A stretch of 33,429 nucleotides of DNA, taken from assembly GCA_036339235.1 (NCBI GenBank), contig JAYZCA010000274.1, positions 1-33,429 of the forward strand, written 5' to 3'. This DNA comes from Candidatus Latescibacterota bacterium (GTDB lineage: Bacteria > Latescibacterota > UBA2968 > UBA8231). Shown piece by piece: positions 18,920 through 28,634 of this stretch; within the stretch, counting starts at the first letter, position 1; every line of letters begins with the position of its first letter. The position numbers were made by a program, and so were the translations under genes. The notes below the pieces were generated by a model. That model made no database searches, had not been told where the DNA came from, and saw only the letters and a list, made by a program, of their open reading frames with translations.

Positions 18920-20740
18920 TCACAGACACACCCGCGATCGAAACTCAGGCAGCCCGCGCACGCCGGGTCGCAGGCGGAACAGGGCGCCGGCGCCGGCGCC
19001 CTCGACGACGCGATCATCACCGCCGGCGGTGGTCACGTAGAGTTCGTCGAGATCGACGCCGCCAAACCCGGCGCTCGACACCTTCCTGGCGGGAAAGGTG
19101 ATGCGGCGATTCTCGACGCCGTCCGGGCTATAGCGCACCAGGCAGCCGCCCCCCCAACGGGCGCACCAGACAAAGCCGTCGGCGTCGACCGTCATGCCGT
19201 CGGGTACACCGTCCTCGTCGCTGGTATCGACGAAGACCTGCCGGTCCGTCAGTTCTCCCGTCGCCTCGTCCCAATCAAAGCGCGACACCTGCCTGCTTGG
19301 CGAATCGATGTGGTAGAGGGTGCGGCGGTCCGGTGAGAATCCCATACCATTGGAACATCCGATCCCGTCGAGCAGTTCCGTGAGGGATCCGTCCGTGTCG
19401 AGCCGATAGAGCCGACCGCTGCCGGCGGGGCCAGCCATGGTGCCGCAAAAAACCCGACCCGCCGGATCCGCGATAACATCGTTGAAGCGGGACTCCCGCT
19501 CCACATCGATGCCGTCGACGAGATACTGCAGGCTCTCGCCCTGGCGCCACACGGCGATGGCACCCCCCGAGAGGAACAACAGCAGCGAGTCGTCGGCCTG
19601 CACGGTAAATCCGCCAATGGCACCTTCCACCTCGAGCATCTGCTCGTAGCCGTGGGTGGAAGGATCGAAGCGGTAGAGCCTGCCCGCGGGGATGTCGACC
19701 CAGTACAGGCGTGACTCACCACGGTGCCAGAGGGGACCTTCCCCGGTCTTGCAGGTGGTATCGGCGACACGCTCGATCGAGACTGCCATCTCCGTTCCAT
19801 GCAACGTGGCGGCAGGCGTCGAGACGGCGTCAGAACCGGTGAGGATGCATTCCTCCTTCCAGGCGCGCCAGGACGAGCGCAATCGACGGGCCAGGTCCCG
19901 AGGTCGCTCCCCGTAGATACGCATACCGAGGATGAGAGCCTCCCGTTGCAGGGCGTGGCGGCGCTCACCGATCTGTACCAGCAGCGGCTCCGCGACACCA
20001 GGCACCGGGGCGATGGACCGCAGCGTGTCGGACAGCACGGCCAGGTCGTGGTCGTCGCCGAGAAGGTCCCCCAGTCGGTCGAGTTCATCCTGCCAGGCCT
20101 TCATCAGAGTCGGCCACAGCGGCTTCAGGATCTGCGTCTGGTAGTACAGATACTTGACGCGCTTGCGCCACTGGTGAAAGCGGGCCGCCGAAGGCCCCCA
20201 GTTGCAGGCGTCAAACTCCCGGCGACCACGGCGGTAAACCCTGATCAGGCCGTCTTCCACCATCTTCCAGCCACCCCGTTCCAACCGCCAGGCATCGACC
20301 CGGGCATCGGCGGCCAACAGGTGCGCGACGACGGCGTCGATCGCAAGCTCCCCGTCGCTGCCGGTGGTCACGTCCCAGACCGCGCGTCGGCGATTCTCCA
20401 GCACCACCCGCAGGGACGCGCAAGCCTCACGCCGGTCCTCGTCGAGTTCGTCGGCCAGGGTGTCGAAGGTCGATATGAGAACGGTGGCGTCACGCAGCCC
20501 GGCCAGCTGCCTGGCGGCGTCACGGCAGGCGATGTTCTCGAGGCGGTAGGTGCCCAGTTCACGACGGACGAGGCGCTGAAGCCCACGCATCCGCTTCATC
20601 GCCTTACGCGCCGAATGGATGTCTTCTTCGGGGTTGTCGGTGCCCTCGGTCAGGGCCTGACCCGCCCACATCAGCTGTTCGTGAGCGATCCTGCGTATCC
20701 CGTCGGGCAGGGATTCGCCAGGATCCAGACAGAAAGCCAT
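18920..20740 (-). CDS. CHAD (polyphosphate-binding) domain fused in frame to an SMP-30/gluconolactonase beta-propeller
   Basis: N-half: IHSARKAMKRMRG, LAGLRDATV, FHQWRKRVKYLYY, LGDLLGDDHDLAVL. C-half from Met at 19789: GEGPLWH, LYWVDI, RFNDVIADPAGR, SNGMGFSPD, PDGMTVDADG, FGGVDLDELYVTTA. Confidence 0.85.
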   Translation of the reverse strand: MAFCLDPGESLPDGIRRIAHEQLMWAGQALTEGTDNPEEDIHSARKAMKRMRGLQRLVRRELGTYRLENIACRDAARQLAGLRDATVLISTFDTLADELDEDRREACASLRVVLENRRRAVWDVTTGSDGELAIDAVVAHLLAADARVDAWRLERGGWKMVEDGLIRVYRRGRREFDACNWGPSAARFHQWRKRVKYLYYQTQILKPLWPTLMKAWQDELDRLGDLLGDDHDLAVLSDTLRSIAPVPGVAEPLLVQIGERRHALQREALILGMRIYGERPRDLARRLRSSWRAWKEECILTGSDAVSTPAATLHGTEMAVSIERVADTTCKTGEGPLWHRGESRLYWVDIPAGRLYRFDPSTHGYEQMLEVEGAIGGFTVQADDSLLLFLSGGAIAVWRQGESLQYLVDGIDVERESRFNDVIADPAGRVFCGTMAGPAGSGRLYRLDTDGSLTELLDGIGCSNGMGFSPDRRTLYHIDSPSRQVSRFDWDEATGELTDRQVFVDTSDEDGVPDGMTVDADGFVWCARWGGGCLVRYSPDGVENRRITFPARKVSSAGFGGVDLDELYVTTAGGDDRVVEGAGAGALFRLRPGVRGLPEFRSRVCL

Positions 20741-20824
20741 GCGATTAGGAGTTCCGGATCGGGGTGGAGGTGCCTTCAGATGGTATAGAAATGGCCCCTG
20801 TATGTCCAGCCTAACAGCTAATGA

Positions 20825-22027
20825 CTACAGGTACTTCCGGCTACTTGCGTCGCCGCCGCCGGCCAATGTTCGGACGGCCTTCAGCAGCAGGTCGATCTCG
20901 CCGTCCAGCAGATAAAACGGCAGGCTGGCGCGCAGACCCTCGTGCGAGTGCGGCAATGGCTTGATGACGATGTTCCAGTGCTCGCGCAGCGCCGACGCCA
21001 GGTTCGCGCCACTCCAGCCGTGCAGGCCGAAACTGACCAGCGCTGCAGAGGCCCCGCTCGAGCGCGGCGTGTGCAGCTCGATGCCGTCAATGTCGACCAG
21101 GCCCGCCTTCAGCCGCTCCGTCAACTTACACACCCGGGCCCAGATCGCCTCGGTGCCGACGTCGGTCAACCAGTCCAACGATGCCGCCCAGGCGTGGACC
21201 AGCGGCCACGACCATGGCCCGTACTGGAAACGTTGCGCCGTCTCCGGCAGCTCGAAGGTGTCTGTCGTGAAGTCGAGCCAACTCTCGGCGCGGCCCCCCG
21301 CATAGGTGACCTCGATGTCGCGCAGCTTCTCGCGTCGCACCCACAGTGCGCCGGAGGCGTACGGCGCCATCATCCACTTGTAGGAGAGCAATCCCGCGCA
21401 GTCGCATCCCAGCTCGCGCAGGCCGTAGGGCACGACCCCGCCCGAGTGCGCCAAGTCCAGGAAGCTGAGGATTCCTCGCTCGCGGGCCAGCGTGCACAGC
21501 GGCGTCACGGGAAGACGAAAGCCGAGGTCGGTGGTCACGTGGCTGAGGGCGAGAAGTTTCGTACTCGGCGTCAGCATCAGGGCCGCCGCCGCCAAGAGAG
21601 CGGCCTCGTCATCGATAAGAGGCAGTTTCACCACCTCCACGCCGAAACGATCCCGCAGGTGCAGGCAGGGTAGCAGCACCGCGGCCTCTTCGTCTCCGGA
21701 GATGACGACACGATCTCCCGCCTGCCAGTCCATGCCGCGCAGCACGGTCTGAAATCCTTCGCTGACACCCCGCATCAGGGCCAGCTCATCGGCATCCACC
21801 GAGAAGAACTGCGCCAGCCGCTCCATGGAGCGTCGCCGACGGGGATATTCCTCCTCCGGGTAGATGACGTGCAGCGGGCCTCGCGCCAGCAACTCCTCCA
21901 TCCGCGAGATATGTTCGCGCGCCACCGTCTCCGGTGTGATCGACACGCCGCCATTCTGAAACCACACGTAGTTGGCCAGCGCCGGAAACTGCGCGCGGAC
22001 GGCACCCACATCGATTGTCTTGCTCAT
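20825..22027 (-). CDS. Aminotransferase class V-fold PLP-dependent enzyme (C-S lyase/epimerase-like; not a canonical cysteine desulfurase)
   Basis: VRAQFPAL, TKLLALSHV, FLDLAHSGG (PLP Asp), SYKWMMAPYASGALW (PLP Lys), GLRASL. No catalytic Cys loop before the C-terminal Arg strand. Confidence 0.88.
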   Translation of the reverse strand: MSKTIDVGAVRAQFPALANYVWFQNGGVSITPETVAREHISRMEELLARGPLHVIYPEEEYPRRRRSMERLAQFFSVDADELALMRGVSEGFQTVLRGMDWQAGDRVVISGDEEAAVLLPCLHLRDRFGVEVVKLPLIDDEAALLAAAALMLTPSTKLLALSHVTTDLGFRLPVTPLCTLARERGILSFLDLAHSGGVVPYGLRELGCDCAGLLSYKWMMAPYASGALWVRREKLRDIEVTYAGGRAESWLDFTTDTFELPETAQRFQYGPWSWPLVHAWAASLDWLTDVGTEAIWARVCKLTERLKAGLVDIDGIELHTPRSSGASAALVSFGLHGWSGANLASALREHWNIVIKPLPHSHEGLRASLPFYLLDGEIDLLLKAVRTLAGGGDASSRKYL

Positions 22028-22110
22028 GCGCACATCATAGGAGAAAAGCGCCGCGTCGGGAACCAAGGGGCACTGGCGGCGGCGCCAGCCGTGACCTACG
22101 GTTATCGACT

Positions 22111-24060
22111 ATGACCACTCCCGACCAACTGCTTACCGCCGACGCCCGCGTCTACGACTATCACAATTACGAGAGTGTGCTGCCGCTGCCGCAGTGGCCC
22201 GACTTGTCACAGTGGAAGAAGGACCGCAAACAGATTCGACAACACCTGTTGCTCTGTGCCGGGTTGAACGCGCAAACCGCCGCCTTCAAGGCGAAGGGAC
22301 GCGTGGTGCGTCGCTTCGAGCACGAGGGGCTCATCGTCGAGAACCTCTGCATCGAGACGCTGCCCGGGCTGTACGTCGTCGGCAATCTCTACCGGCCGAA
22401 GAAGCCCCGAGGCCGTGTGCCCCTCATCCTGCATCCCCACGGCCACGCCATGCATGCGCGCACCGTGCCGCTGGACCTGTATTCGGTCCCCCACCGCGCG
22501 ATGAACAGCGCCTTGCTGGGATGCGCCGCCTTCGCCTACTCGATGATCGGCTACGACGACGACACCAGGCAGATCGAGCATCGCTCCCTGCTCACTGGTC
22601 CGGAGAAGAGCGCCGCCAACATGCTCGGCCTGAGCCTCTTCGGTCTGCAGCTGAACAACTCGATCAAGGCTCTCGACTATCTGTTGTCCCGTCGAGAAAT
22701 CGACCCGAAACGAGTCGGCTGTACGGGTGAATCAGGCGGCGGTACGCAGACGTACTTTCTGGCTGCCGTAGACGAACGTGTCAAGGTGGCGGTGCCGGCG
22801 GTCATGCTCTCCGGTCACTTTCAGGGGGGGTGCGTGTGTGAAAACGCACCGAATCTGCACCTGCAGTACAGTAATCTTCAGTACGCCGGACTCATCGCCC
22901 CACGCCCTCTGCTACTGACGGGCTGTACCGGCGACTGGTCCCACCACGCGCGTCAGCGTGAGTTCCCGATTATGCGACGGCTGTATGAGCTGTACGATGC
23001 GGCGGAAAAGATTGACATCTTCACCCAGGACGAGGTGCACAACTACAACCGTGTCTCGCGTGAGGCGATGTACGCGTGGATGGTGCGCTGGCTGCTGGAA
23101 GGCGGAAAGAAGGGGCCGAGACAAATCCCCGAGTCATCCGCACCGGTGCCCTCCACGAAGGACCTGCTCGTCTTCGACAGGCCCGTACCGCCCTACAAAG
23201 GCGCCATCTCAAAGCAGAAGCAGTTGTTCGACATGTGGCGCCCCCTGCACACACGGCCGGGATCGGCCGCCGAGGTGATCGATGTGCTGCCCTTCGACAT
23301 GCCGGACCGGAGCGACATCCTGATCCGTTCGCAGCCGTCGCGAAAGGCCTATCGCGCCACGCGAGACAGGCTGCAGTCAATCCGCTACGGCCGCTTCTCC
23401 CAGGGGAGCACCCTGGTCTGTCGCTTCCTGCCACCCCTGCGCGGCAAACGGACCTTCCTGCTTCTGCGCCACTGGCGAGACGCCGAGGCCTGGGGGCGGT
23501 TCTGCAACCGCCCCCCCGCCGGTGTGCGGCAACTCATCGACGCAGGCAACGGCATCCTCGCGCCGCTGTTGTTCGGACAGTCTGGCTCGGTCGAGTCGCA
23601 GAGCTTCATCGACCGCGCCGACAGCTACCTAGCGTCGACCTACGTGCGCACACCACACGCCCTGTGCGCCGACGACCTGCTGACAACGGTGCGTATGGCG
23701 TCGGTGGAAATGGGGATTCGACCACAGACGATGACCGCCGTCGCCGACAGCGACATGGGCCTGCTCGCCTGGGCGGCGTGGGCACTGCTCACGTCGAAGT
23801 TCGGAGCCGGGCCGCTGGTAGCCGACCTGGGCGCCGCCGACCTCACCTCGTCACAGACATGGGTACGGCGCTGCTACCTCCCGCTGCTGCTCGGCAGCGG
23901 TGGCGCCAGGGCACTTTCGACGCTGGGTAAGGTCACCGGTTCGGTGAGCGGTGTGCGGGCGGCAGACCGGCGGCTACTGCCGGCGAGCTGGAGGAGTTCC
24001 GTGCCGCGGCGCACGTTCGCGCAGTTACTGGCCGAGGCCCACTCTGACCGCCGCGTTTGA
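22111..24060 (+). CDS. Alpha/beta hydrolase, acetylxylan-esterase-like, with a degenerate second domain
   Basis: PGLYVVGNLYRP, HPHGH, ALDYLLSRREIDPKRVGCTGESGGGTQT (nucleophile Ser), GGCVCE, IAPRPLLL, GDW, HNYNRVSRE. Confidence 0.85.
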   Translation: MTTPDQLLTADARVYDYHNYESVLPLPQWPDLSQWKKDRKQIRQHLLLCAGLNAQTAAFKAKGRVVRRFEHEGLIVENLCIETLPGLYVVGNLYRPKKPRGRVPLILHPHGHAMHARTVPLDLYSVPHRAMNSALLGCAAFAYSMIGYDDDTRQIEHRSLLTGPEKSAANMLGLSLFGLQLNNSIKALDYLLSRREIDPKRVGCTGESGGGTQTYFLAAVDERVKVAVPAVMLSGHFQGGCVCENAPNLHLQYSNLQYAGLIAPRPLLLTGCTGDWSHHARQREFPIMRRLYELYDAAEKIDIFTQDEVHNYNRVSREAMYAWMVRWLLEGGKKGPRQIPESSAPVPSTKDLLVFDRPVPPYKGAISKQKQLFDMWRPLHTRPGSAAEVIDVLPFDMPDRSDILIRSQPSRKAYRATRDRLQSIRYGRFSQGSTLVCRFLPPLRGKRTFLLLRHWRDAEAWGRFCNRPPAGVRQLIDAGNGILAPLLFGQSGSVESQSFIDRADSYLASTYVRTPHALCADDLLTTVRMASVEMGIRPQTMTAVADSDMGLLAWAAWALLTSKFGAGPLVADLGAADLTSSQTWVRRCYLPLLLGSGGARALSTLGKVTGSVSGVRAADRRLLPASWRSSVPRRTFAQLLAEAHSDRRV

Positions 24061-24109
24061 CCAGAACTGTGGGCACCCCAGTCCCGGTTTGAGAAATTTG
24101 GCAGACCAG

Positions 24110-26395
24110 CTACTTCCAATACAGTAACAGAATCTCGCGCGCCACGTCTGCGTGCAAATCCCTGCGGATCAGCCATCTCAGGTTTTCCGGCGCCTGTGCC
24201 TCCTCCCCACTCTGCGCCCCAAAGAGTTCGACGCCTTCGCGATAAACGCTCCGAGCGACATCGACTTGCCCGGCGCGCAGATAGCTGAAGCCGAGGTTGA
24301 ACAGAGCCGCCGGGGAGGGCCGTTGCGACCGGGCCCGTTCGAGGTGCCGGATCGCCTCGTCGGTCTTCTCCCCCAACATTAGATTCCACCCCAGGTAGGC
24401 ATGGGCGTCAGTGAATGTCGAGTCGACGGTGACGGCCATTCGGTAGGCCTCGGAAGACTCTGAGAGGTTGCCGGCGTGGTACAGGCCGATGCCGATCGTC
24501 GTGTACTGCTCGGCGGTCATGTCGGCGATGTTACTGAGTGCGGTCTGGTAGGCGAGAACACCGAGATGGGGTTTGCCCTCCCGTACGTAGCGAGCACCAA
24601 CCTCGGCCATGCCAACGACGGGATCTTCCCCAGGCCCGAAGCTGCGCACGTGGTAGGCCAGCGCCCGACGATGCGCTCCCAGGCGGGTCAGGACGAGGGA
24701 GAGTCTTCGGTTTAGCCGGGGGCTGCGCACCCACGTGGAGAGCCGCTCCAGGGCGATGAGGGATTCTTTGTAGAGACCGCGAGCGTCGACGCTATCACCG
24801 CGAGCGTCGGCCTGCTCGCCGAACGCGCGGGTAATGCTCTGCCACTCCCAGTGGACGGCGATGTCGTTGGCATCTGGCTCCACTGCGGTTTCCCCGTCGT
24901 AAAACTCGCGAAACCGCTCGAGGGCCTCGTCGTACCGACCGGTACGAGCCAGAGTGACGGCGTAGAACTTTCTGTGCCTATGAGCGAGGCTGCCTGGTGT
25001 ATGTCTCTCGGTGGCGTCCGTCGCCGCGATGGTCTCCATAAGAGCTTGCTCCGCTGCCTCACCGAAGCAGTACAGCTGGTCGCCCTGCAGTGCGACGCGT
25101 TCGTACCTCTCGTTGATACTGATGGTCAGGTGATTTGTCGGAGAGACGTAGGTGTCTGGCAGTGCGTACTCGTCAGGGTAGTATGACCAGATAGATCGGT
25201 CTGCCTCAGTTGCGGTCCGGTGCAGGTGTACGACACTCTGATACGAGCTCCAGCCCCCGAGCAGCAGAAGGGAGGCGGTGAGGGCAACCATGACCGTACG
25301 TCCCCTTTCCTTCAGGCGCGACTCGAGATCGCCATATCCGAGGATGATCACCATCGTCAGAGGCAGGAACACTGGCAGGGATCGGAGAGCATGAGGCAGG
25401 TTTTCCTGGGTAAGACTCACGGGAACGAGGCAGGTGATTCCGAAGAGGGCCAGAAAGATCCAGAAGGTGTCGCGCTGGCAGAAGAGTTTGCGCAGAAGAC
25501 ACACGCTCCCCGCCAGAAGAAGTGGCAGGAAAACGATGTTGAGCATGCCACCGTACCCCGTGTGATGTCGCAGGTTGTGATCACCGGTGAAGAACAGAAA
25601 ATCAGGGCCAACGTGTTGCAGCAGCGCCCCCGGCCAGTGCAGAGGATCGATCGTCCCCACAGCTTCGAAACGAGCCAGGCTGTGCCATTCCCCGAGCATG
25701 TCCCACAGTGTCGGCGCCGCCACGAGTCCCCAGACTGCCGCAAAGGTCAACATTGATCGTGGGAAGCGACGCTGCTGAAAGAACTGTATGGCGCCAAGGA
25801 GAGGGAGGTGAGTGAAGGCCAGAGGTTTCGTTCCGTAGTACGCGTAGAGCATCAGCCCCGTCGCCAGGGCGGCGAGGGCAGCGGCTCGATGGGACCCGGG
25901 CCGCTGAATCCATTTCCAGGACGTCAGCAGAAGGAACAGGACGACCGGGAGGGTGGTGACAAATTCCACCGGCATCCGATGCGGAACCAGAATCCAGGGT
26001 GAGCAGAGCAGGAAAGTGAAGAGCAGAGGGTAGAAGAGTGCCCACCTGATCTGCGGCAGTGGAAAGTGGGAACGGAGTAATAAGAAGGCCCCAAGGGCGG
26101 CCCAGCCCAGGCCCATGCTGAGAAACCGGGCACTCTTGACGGTCAGAGGATGCAGATAACTGCTGAGTGCGAGAACATAGATCAGCAATGGCGGCCGGTA
26201 GTCGTCGAAAGCTCGGATGCTGGTGGGTAGAGTCCGACCGTATTCGTCGCCGCCGGTATGGCGAATGCAGAGTGCGTTGAGAACATTCGACGGGGCGTCC
26301 ACGCTGTATCCGCCAGGAACCGTGTCCCAGCTGGCGAAGTAGGCCATGGTACCCAGGACGATCACCGCGATACCGGCGGCGCGCGTCACCAACAC
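24110..26395 (-). CDS. GT-C fold (PMT/ArnT-like) membrane glycosyltransferase with C-terminal TPR repeats
   Basis: PGGYSVDA loop, DEYGRTLP, YRPPLLIY, many TM helices, PDFLFFTGDHNLRH, PHALRSL; C-terminal TPRs (AHAYLGWNLML...EAIRHLERA, ALFNLGFSYLRAG). Start codon uncertain. Confidence 0.8.
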   Translation of the reverse strand: MLVTRAAGIAVIVLGTMAYFASWDTVPGGYSVDAPSNVLNALCIRHTGGDEYGRTLPTSIRAFDDYRPPLLIYVLALSSYLHPLTVKSARFLSMGLGWAALGAFLLLRSHFPLPQIRWALFYPLLFTFLLCSPWILVPHRMPVEFVTTLPVVLFLLLTSWKWIQRPGSHRAAALAALATGLMLYAYYGTKPLAFTHLPLLGAIQFFQQRRFPRSMLTFAAVWGLVAAPTLWDMLGEWHSLARFEAVGTIDPLHWPGALLQHVGPDFLFFTGDHNLRHHTGYGGMLNIVFLPLLLAGSVCLLRKLFCQRDTFWIFLALFGITCLVPVSLTQENLPHALRSLPVFLPLTMVIILGYGDLESRLKERGRTVMVALTASLLLLGGWSSYQSVVHLHRTATEADRSIWSYYPDEYALPDTYVSPTNHLTISINERYERVALQGDQLYCFGEAAEQALMETIAATDATERHTPGSLAHRHRKFYAVTLARTGRYDEALERFREFYDGETAVEPDANDIAVHWEWQSITRAFGEQADARGDSVDARGLYKESLIALERLSTWVRSPRLNRRLSLVLTRLGAHRRALAYHVRSFGPGEDPVVGMAEVGARYVREGKPHLGVLAYQTALSNIADMTAEQYTTIGIGLYHAGNLSESSEAYRMAVTVDSTFTDAHAYLGWNLMLGEKTDEAIRHLERARSQRPSPAALFNLGFSYLRAGQVDVARSVYREGVELFGAQSGEEAQAPENLRWLIRRDLHADVAREILLLYWK

Positions 26396-26644
26396 AGCCC
26401 CGGTAGCGCGCGGTCAGCATCTGTGGTCTGCCGACGTGGGGAGAGTTTCACACCCATGATTTGAATGTTCCGTGAAGATCAGCAAGTGGAAGGCGAGGTG
26501 CCCGTAGACGGGCACGCCACCGGTGACATCCTGCGTGCTGCAGGCGCAGCGCCTCGTCGTCGCCAACCGAGAACGAGCAACCTTCGTCGAAGATCCAAGC
26601 TCCCAAAACTACACACAGAACTTCTGGGACGCAGCACTAGCCGC

Positions 26645-26673
26645 TTGACACTCTACAAAAACGGCGTTATCCA
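26645..26673 (+). promoter_or_regulatory. Possible sigma-70 promoter for the vWA lipoprotein gene
   Basis: Perfect TTGACA at 26645-26650, 17-bp spacer, imperfect -10 TATCCA lacking the conserved final T. Confidence 0.3.
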
Positions 26674-26714
26674 AGGACAGTCTTGCACATTCTGACTTGC
26701 GCTTGAGAGAGACG

Positions 26715-27800
26715 ATGAGAAGATTGGTGTTGTCACTGCTGTCGATCGGCGTCGTCGCCACAGGCTGTACCGGCAGCGGTGACGATAACCCCATCAGCGT
26801 TCCGGACCAGCCCGGGATCGCTGGCTGTACCGACATCGCCGGCAGGAACTTTGCGCGCAGCGCCAACAAAGATGATGGCAGTTGCACCTACGACGATGAC
26901 AGGATTCTCGCCATGACCAGTTTCGGCGTCGAAGTCGATCCGGTGGCGAGGCAGGTTCGGGTCCTCATGCAGGTGAAGAACGAAGAGGGCAGAGGCGTGG
27001 GCGGGCTGCAGCCGGAGGATTTCGTCATTGCCGAGAACGGGCGTAAGATCGGCGTCGAGTCGAATGCGACGATCAGCGCCGAGACCATTCCGTTTTCCAT
27101 ACCCACCGTGCTCCTCCTCGATATGAGTTCGAGCGTGCAGGACCTGGTACCGCAGATCAAGCAGGCGACGACGGCCCTGATCAACAACAAGACGGCAAAT
27201 CAGCAGATCGCCATCTATGTGTTCGACCGGGAGACCCGGCTCATCCAGGATTTCACGGACAATGCTGCTGTCCTGGCCCCCGCCGTGGCCTCCATACCGG
27301 AAGACGAGCTGTTCGACTCGACGAACCTGTATGGCGCGATCATCGATGTCTCGGATACATGGCAGGATGAAGTGTCGATGGAGAGAATCGTCGACGGCAG
27401 TCTGGTGATCTTCACCGACGGATTTCACAATGCCGACCCGAATCTCGAGATCCAGGACGCCGTCAACGCGATGTTGGGACCCGACGGGAAGCTCAAGAAA
27501 ATCTACGTCGCCGCTCTGAACAGCCCGGATCTCGATCGCGGCCCTCTGCAGCAGCTGACCTTCAGCACAATGGGCTTCTTCGAGGCTGGTGACATCTCCG
27601 CACTGCAGGAGATCTTCCTGGACATTCAGGGCGAGATCACGGACCTGTCCAACAGTTTCTATTTGCTCACGTACACGAGCCCGATCACGAATCCCGAAGC
27701 CAGCGAGGAGTTGCTCGAGGTGGCTATCGTCGGCAACTCCAACACGGATGACTCCGGACGCATTCGAGCCCGCTTCGACAGCGAGGGCTTCGGTCAGTAG
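26715..27800 (+). CDS. vWA-domain lipoprotein
   Basis: Signal MRRLVLSLLSIGVVATG-C (lipobox); GCTD...DDGSCTY module; GLQPEDFVIAENG; MIDAS DMSSS, T in STNLYGAI, FTDG; YLLTYTSP. Confidence 0.88.
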   Translation: MRRLVLSLLSIGVVATGCTGSGDDNPISVPDQPGIAGCTDIAGRNFARSANKDDGSCTYDDDRILAMTSFGVEVDPVARQVRVLMQVKNEEGRGVGGLQPEDFVIAENGRKIGVESNATISAETIPFSIPTVLLLDMSSSVQDLVPQIKQATTALINNKTANQQIAIYVFDRETRLIQDFTDNAAVLAPAVASIPEDELFDSTNLYGAIIDVSDTWQDEVSMERIVDGSLVIFTDGFHNADPNLEIQDAVNAMLGPDGKLKKIYVAALNSPDLDRGPLQQLTFSTMGFFEAGDISALQEIFLDIQGEITDLSNSFYLLTYTSPITNPEASEELLEVAIVGNSNTDDSGRIRARFDSEGFGQ

Positions 27801-27807
27801 CCTCTCG

Positions 27808-28578
27808 CTACTCCAGTAACCCCCACAGACTCCGCCGCGCCTCGGGCCAGTCTTCCCACTCGGGATGCAGGTGCTTGAGCGCCTCCAGGTCGCGTTTTCG
27901 GCCACCAGGCGGGTAGTAGTTCCACGCCATCGCCCGCCGGGGACCCGCCGCCGTCTTCACCCCCGTGGCATGCCAGCAGGAAGGCGTCCACACCAGCGTC
28001 CAGCGCGGGTCGAGGACAACCTCCACTTCATGCGGATGCCGGGCGAAGCAGAACTCCGGCGCCTCGTCGTGAGTCCCCGTGGCCAGTTCGAGCTGCATCA
28101 GCTCGGCGGCTACCTCGTCCCGTGCCCGATGCTGGCTGCCCGGCAGTACCCGCAGGGGCGCGTTGCTCGTGTCGTGGCGATCCAGGGCGGTACGTAGCGA
28201 CACTTGCCTGACATCGGGCCCACCGTCGGCATGCCAGTGAACCTGCTGCTGCGGCCGGCCATCGGCGGCCACGGTCTTCGACGCGTCGCCCAGTCCGCAG
28301 GCGCCGACGTGGATGTCCTGATGACCGAGAATGCGGCGCGCCGCGACCAGAATCTCCGGGGCCTCCACCATTCTCAGCAACGGCTCCCCCACCAGAAAGA
28401 ATTGACACGCGCCTCGATTGAATTCCGTCGGGAACTCCGTACGCTGCCACTCGGGCTCCACTTCCTGCTGGCGGAAGTCGACCTCGCGCATGCCCGCCGC
28501 ACCCAGGGGATTGGGCACGAGGAAGAAGCCGTTGCGCTCGAAATGCGCGATCTGAATTTCGGTGATCTCAAGAGCCAT
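27808..28578 (-). CDS. Phytanoyl-CoA dioxygenase (PhyH) family Fe(II)/2-oxoglutarate oxygenase
   Basis: QIAHFERNGFFLVPN, HxD in WHAD, NAPLRVLPGSQ, distal His in WHAT, Arg in GPRRA. Alternative start at 28617. Confidence 0.85.
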   Translation of the reverse strand: MALEITEIQIAHFERNGFFLVPNPLGAAGMREVDFRQQEVEPEWQRTEFPTEFNRGACQFFLVGEPLLRMVEAPEILVAARRILGHQDIHVGACGLGDASKTVAADGRPQQQVHWHADGGPDVRQVSLRTALDRHDTSNAPLRVLPGSQHRARDEVAAELMQLELATGTHDEAPEFCFARHPHEVEVVLDPRWTLVWTPSCWHATGVKTAAGPRRAMAWNYYPPGGRKRDLEALKHLHPEWEDWPEARRSLWGLLE

Positions 28579-28634
28579 GCATTCAGATCCTGTCGTAGCG
28601 ATGGGCGTCCGATCCACAGCAGAGCGCCGCCACG

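Noticed and set aside
26396-26640. Intergenic region with hairpin GTGCCCG-TAGA-CGGGCAC (26498-26515), and an ATG at 26457 one base out of frame with the GT-TPR gene
   Set aside because: No riboswitch or ncRNA consensus recognised, and short GC hairpins are common. An N-terminal frameshift is possible but unsupported without homologues.
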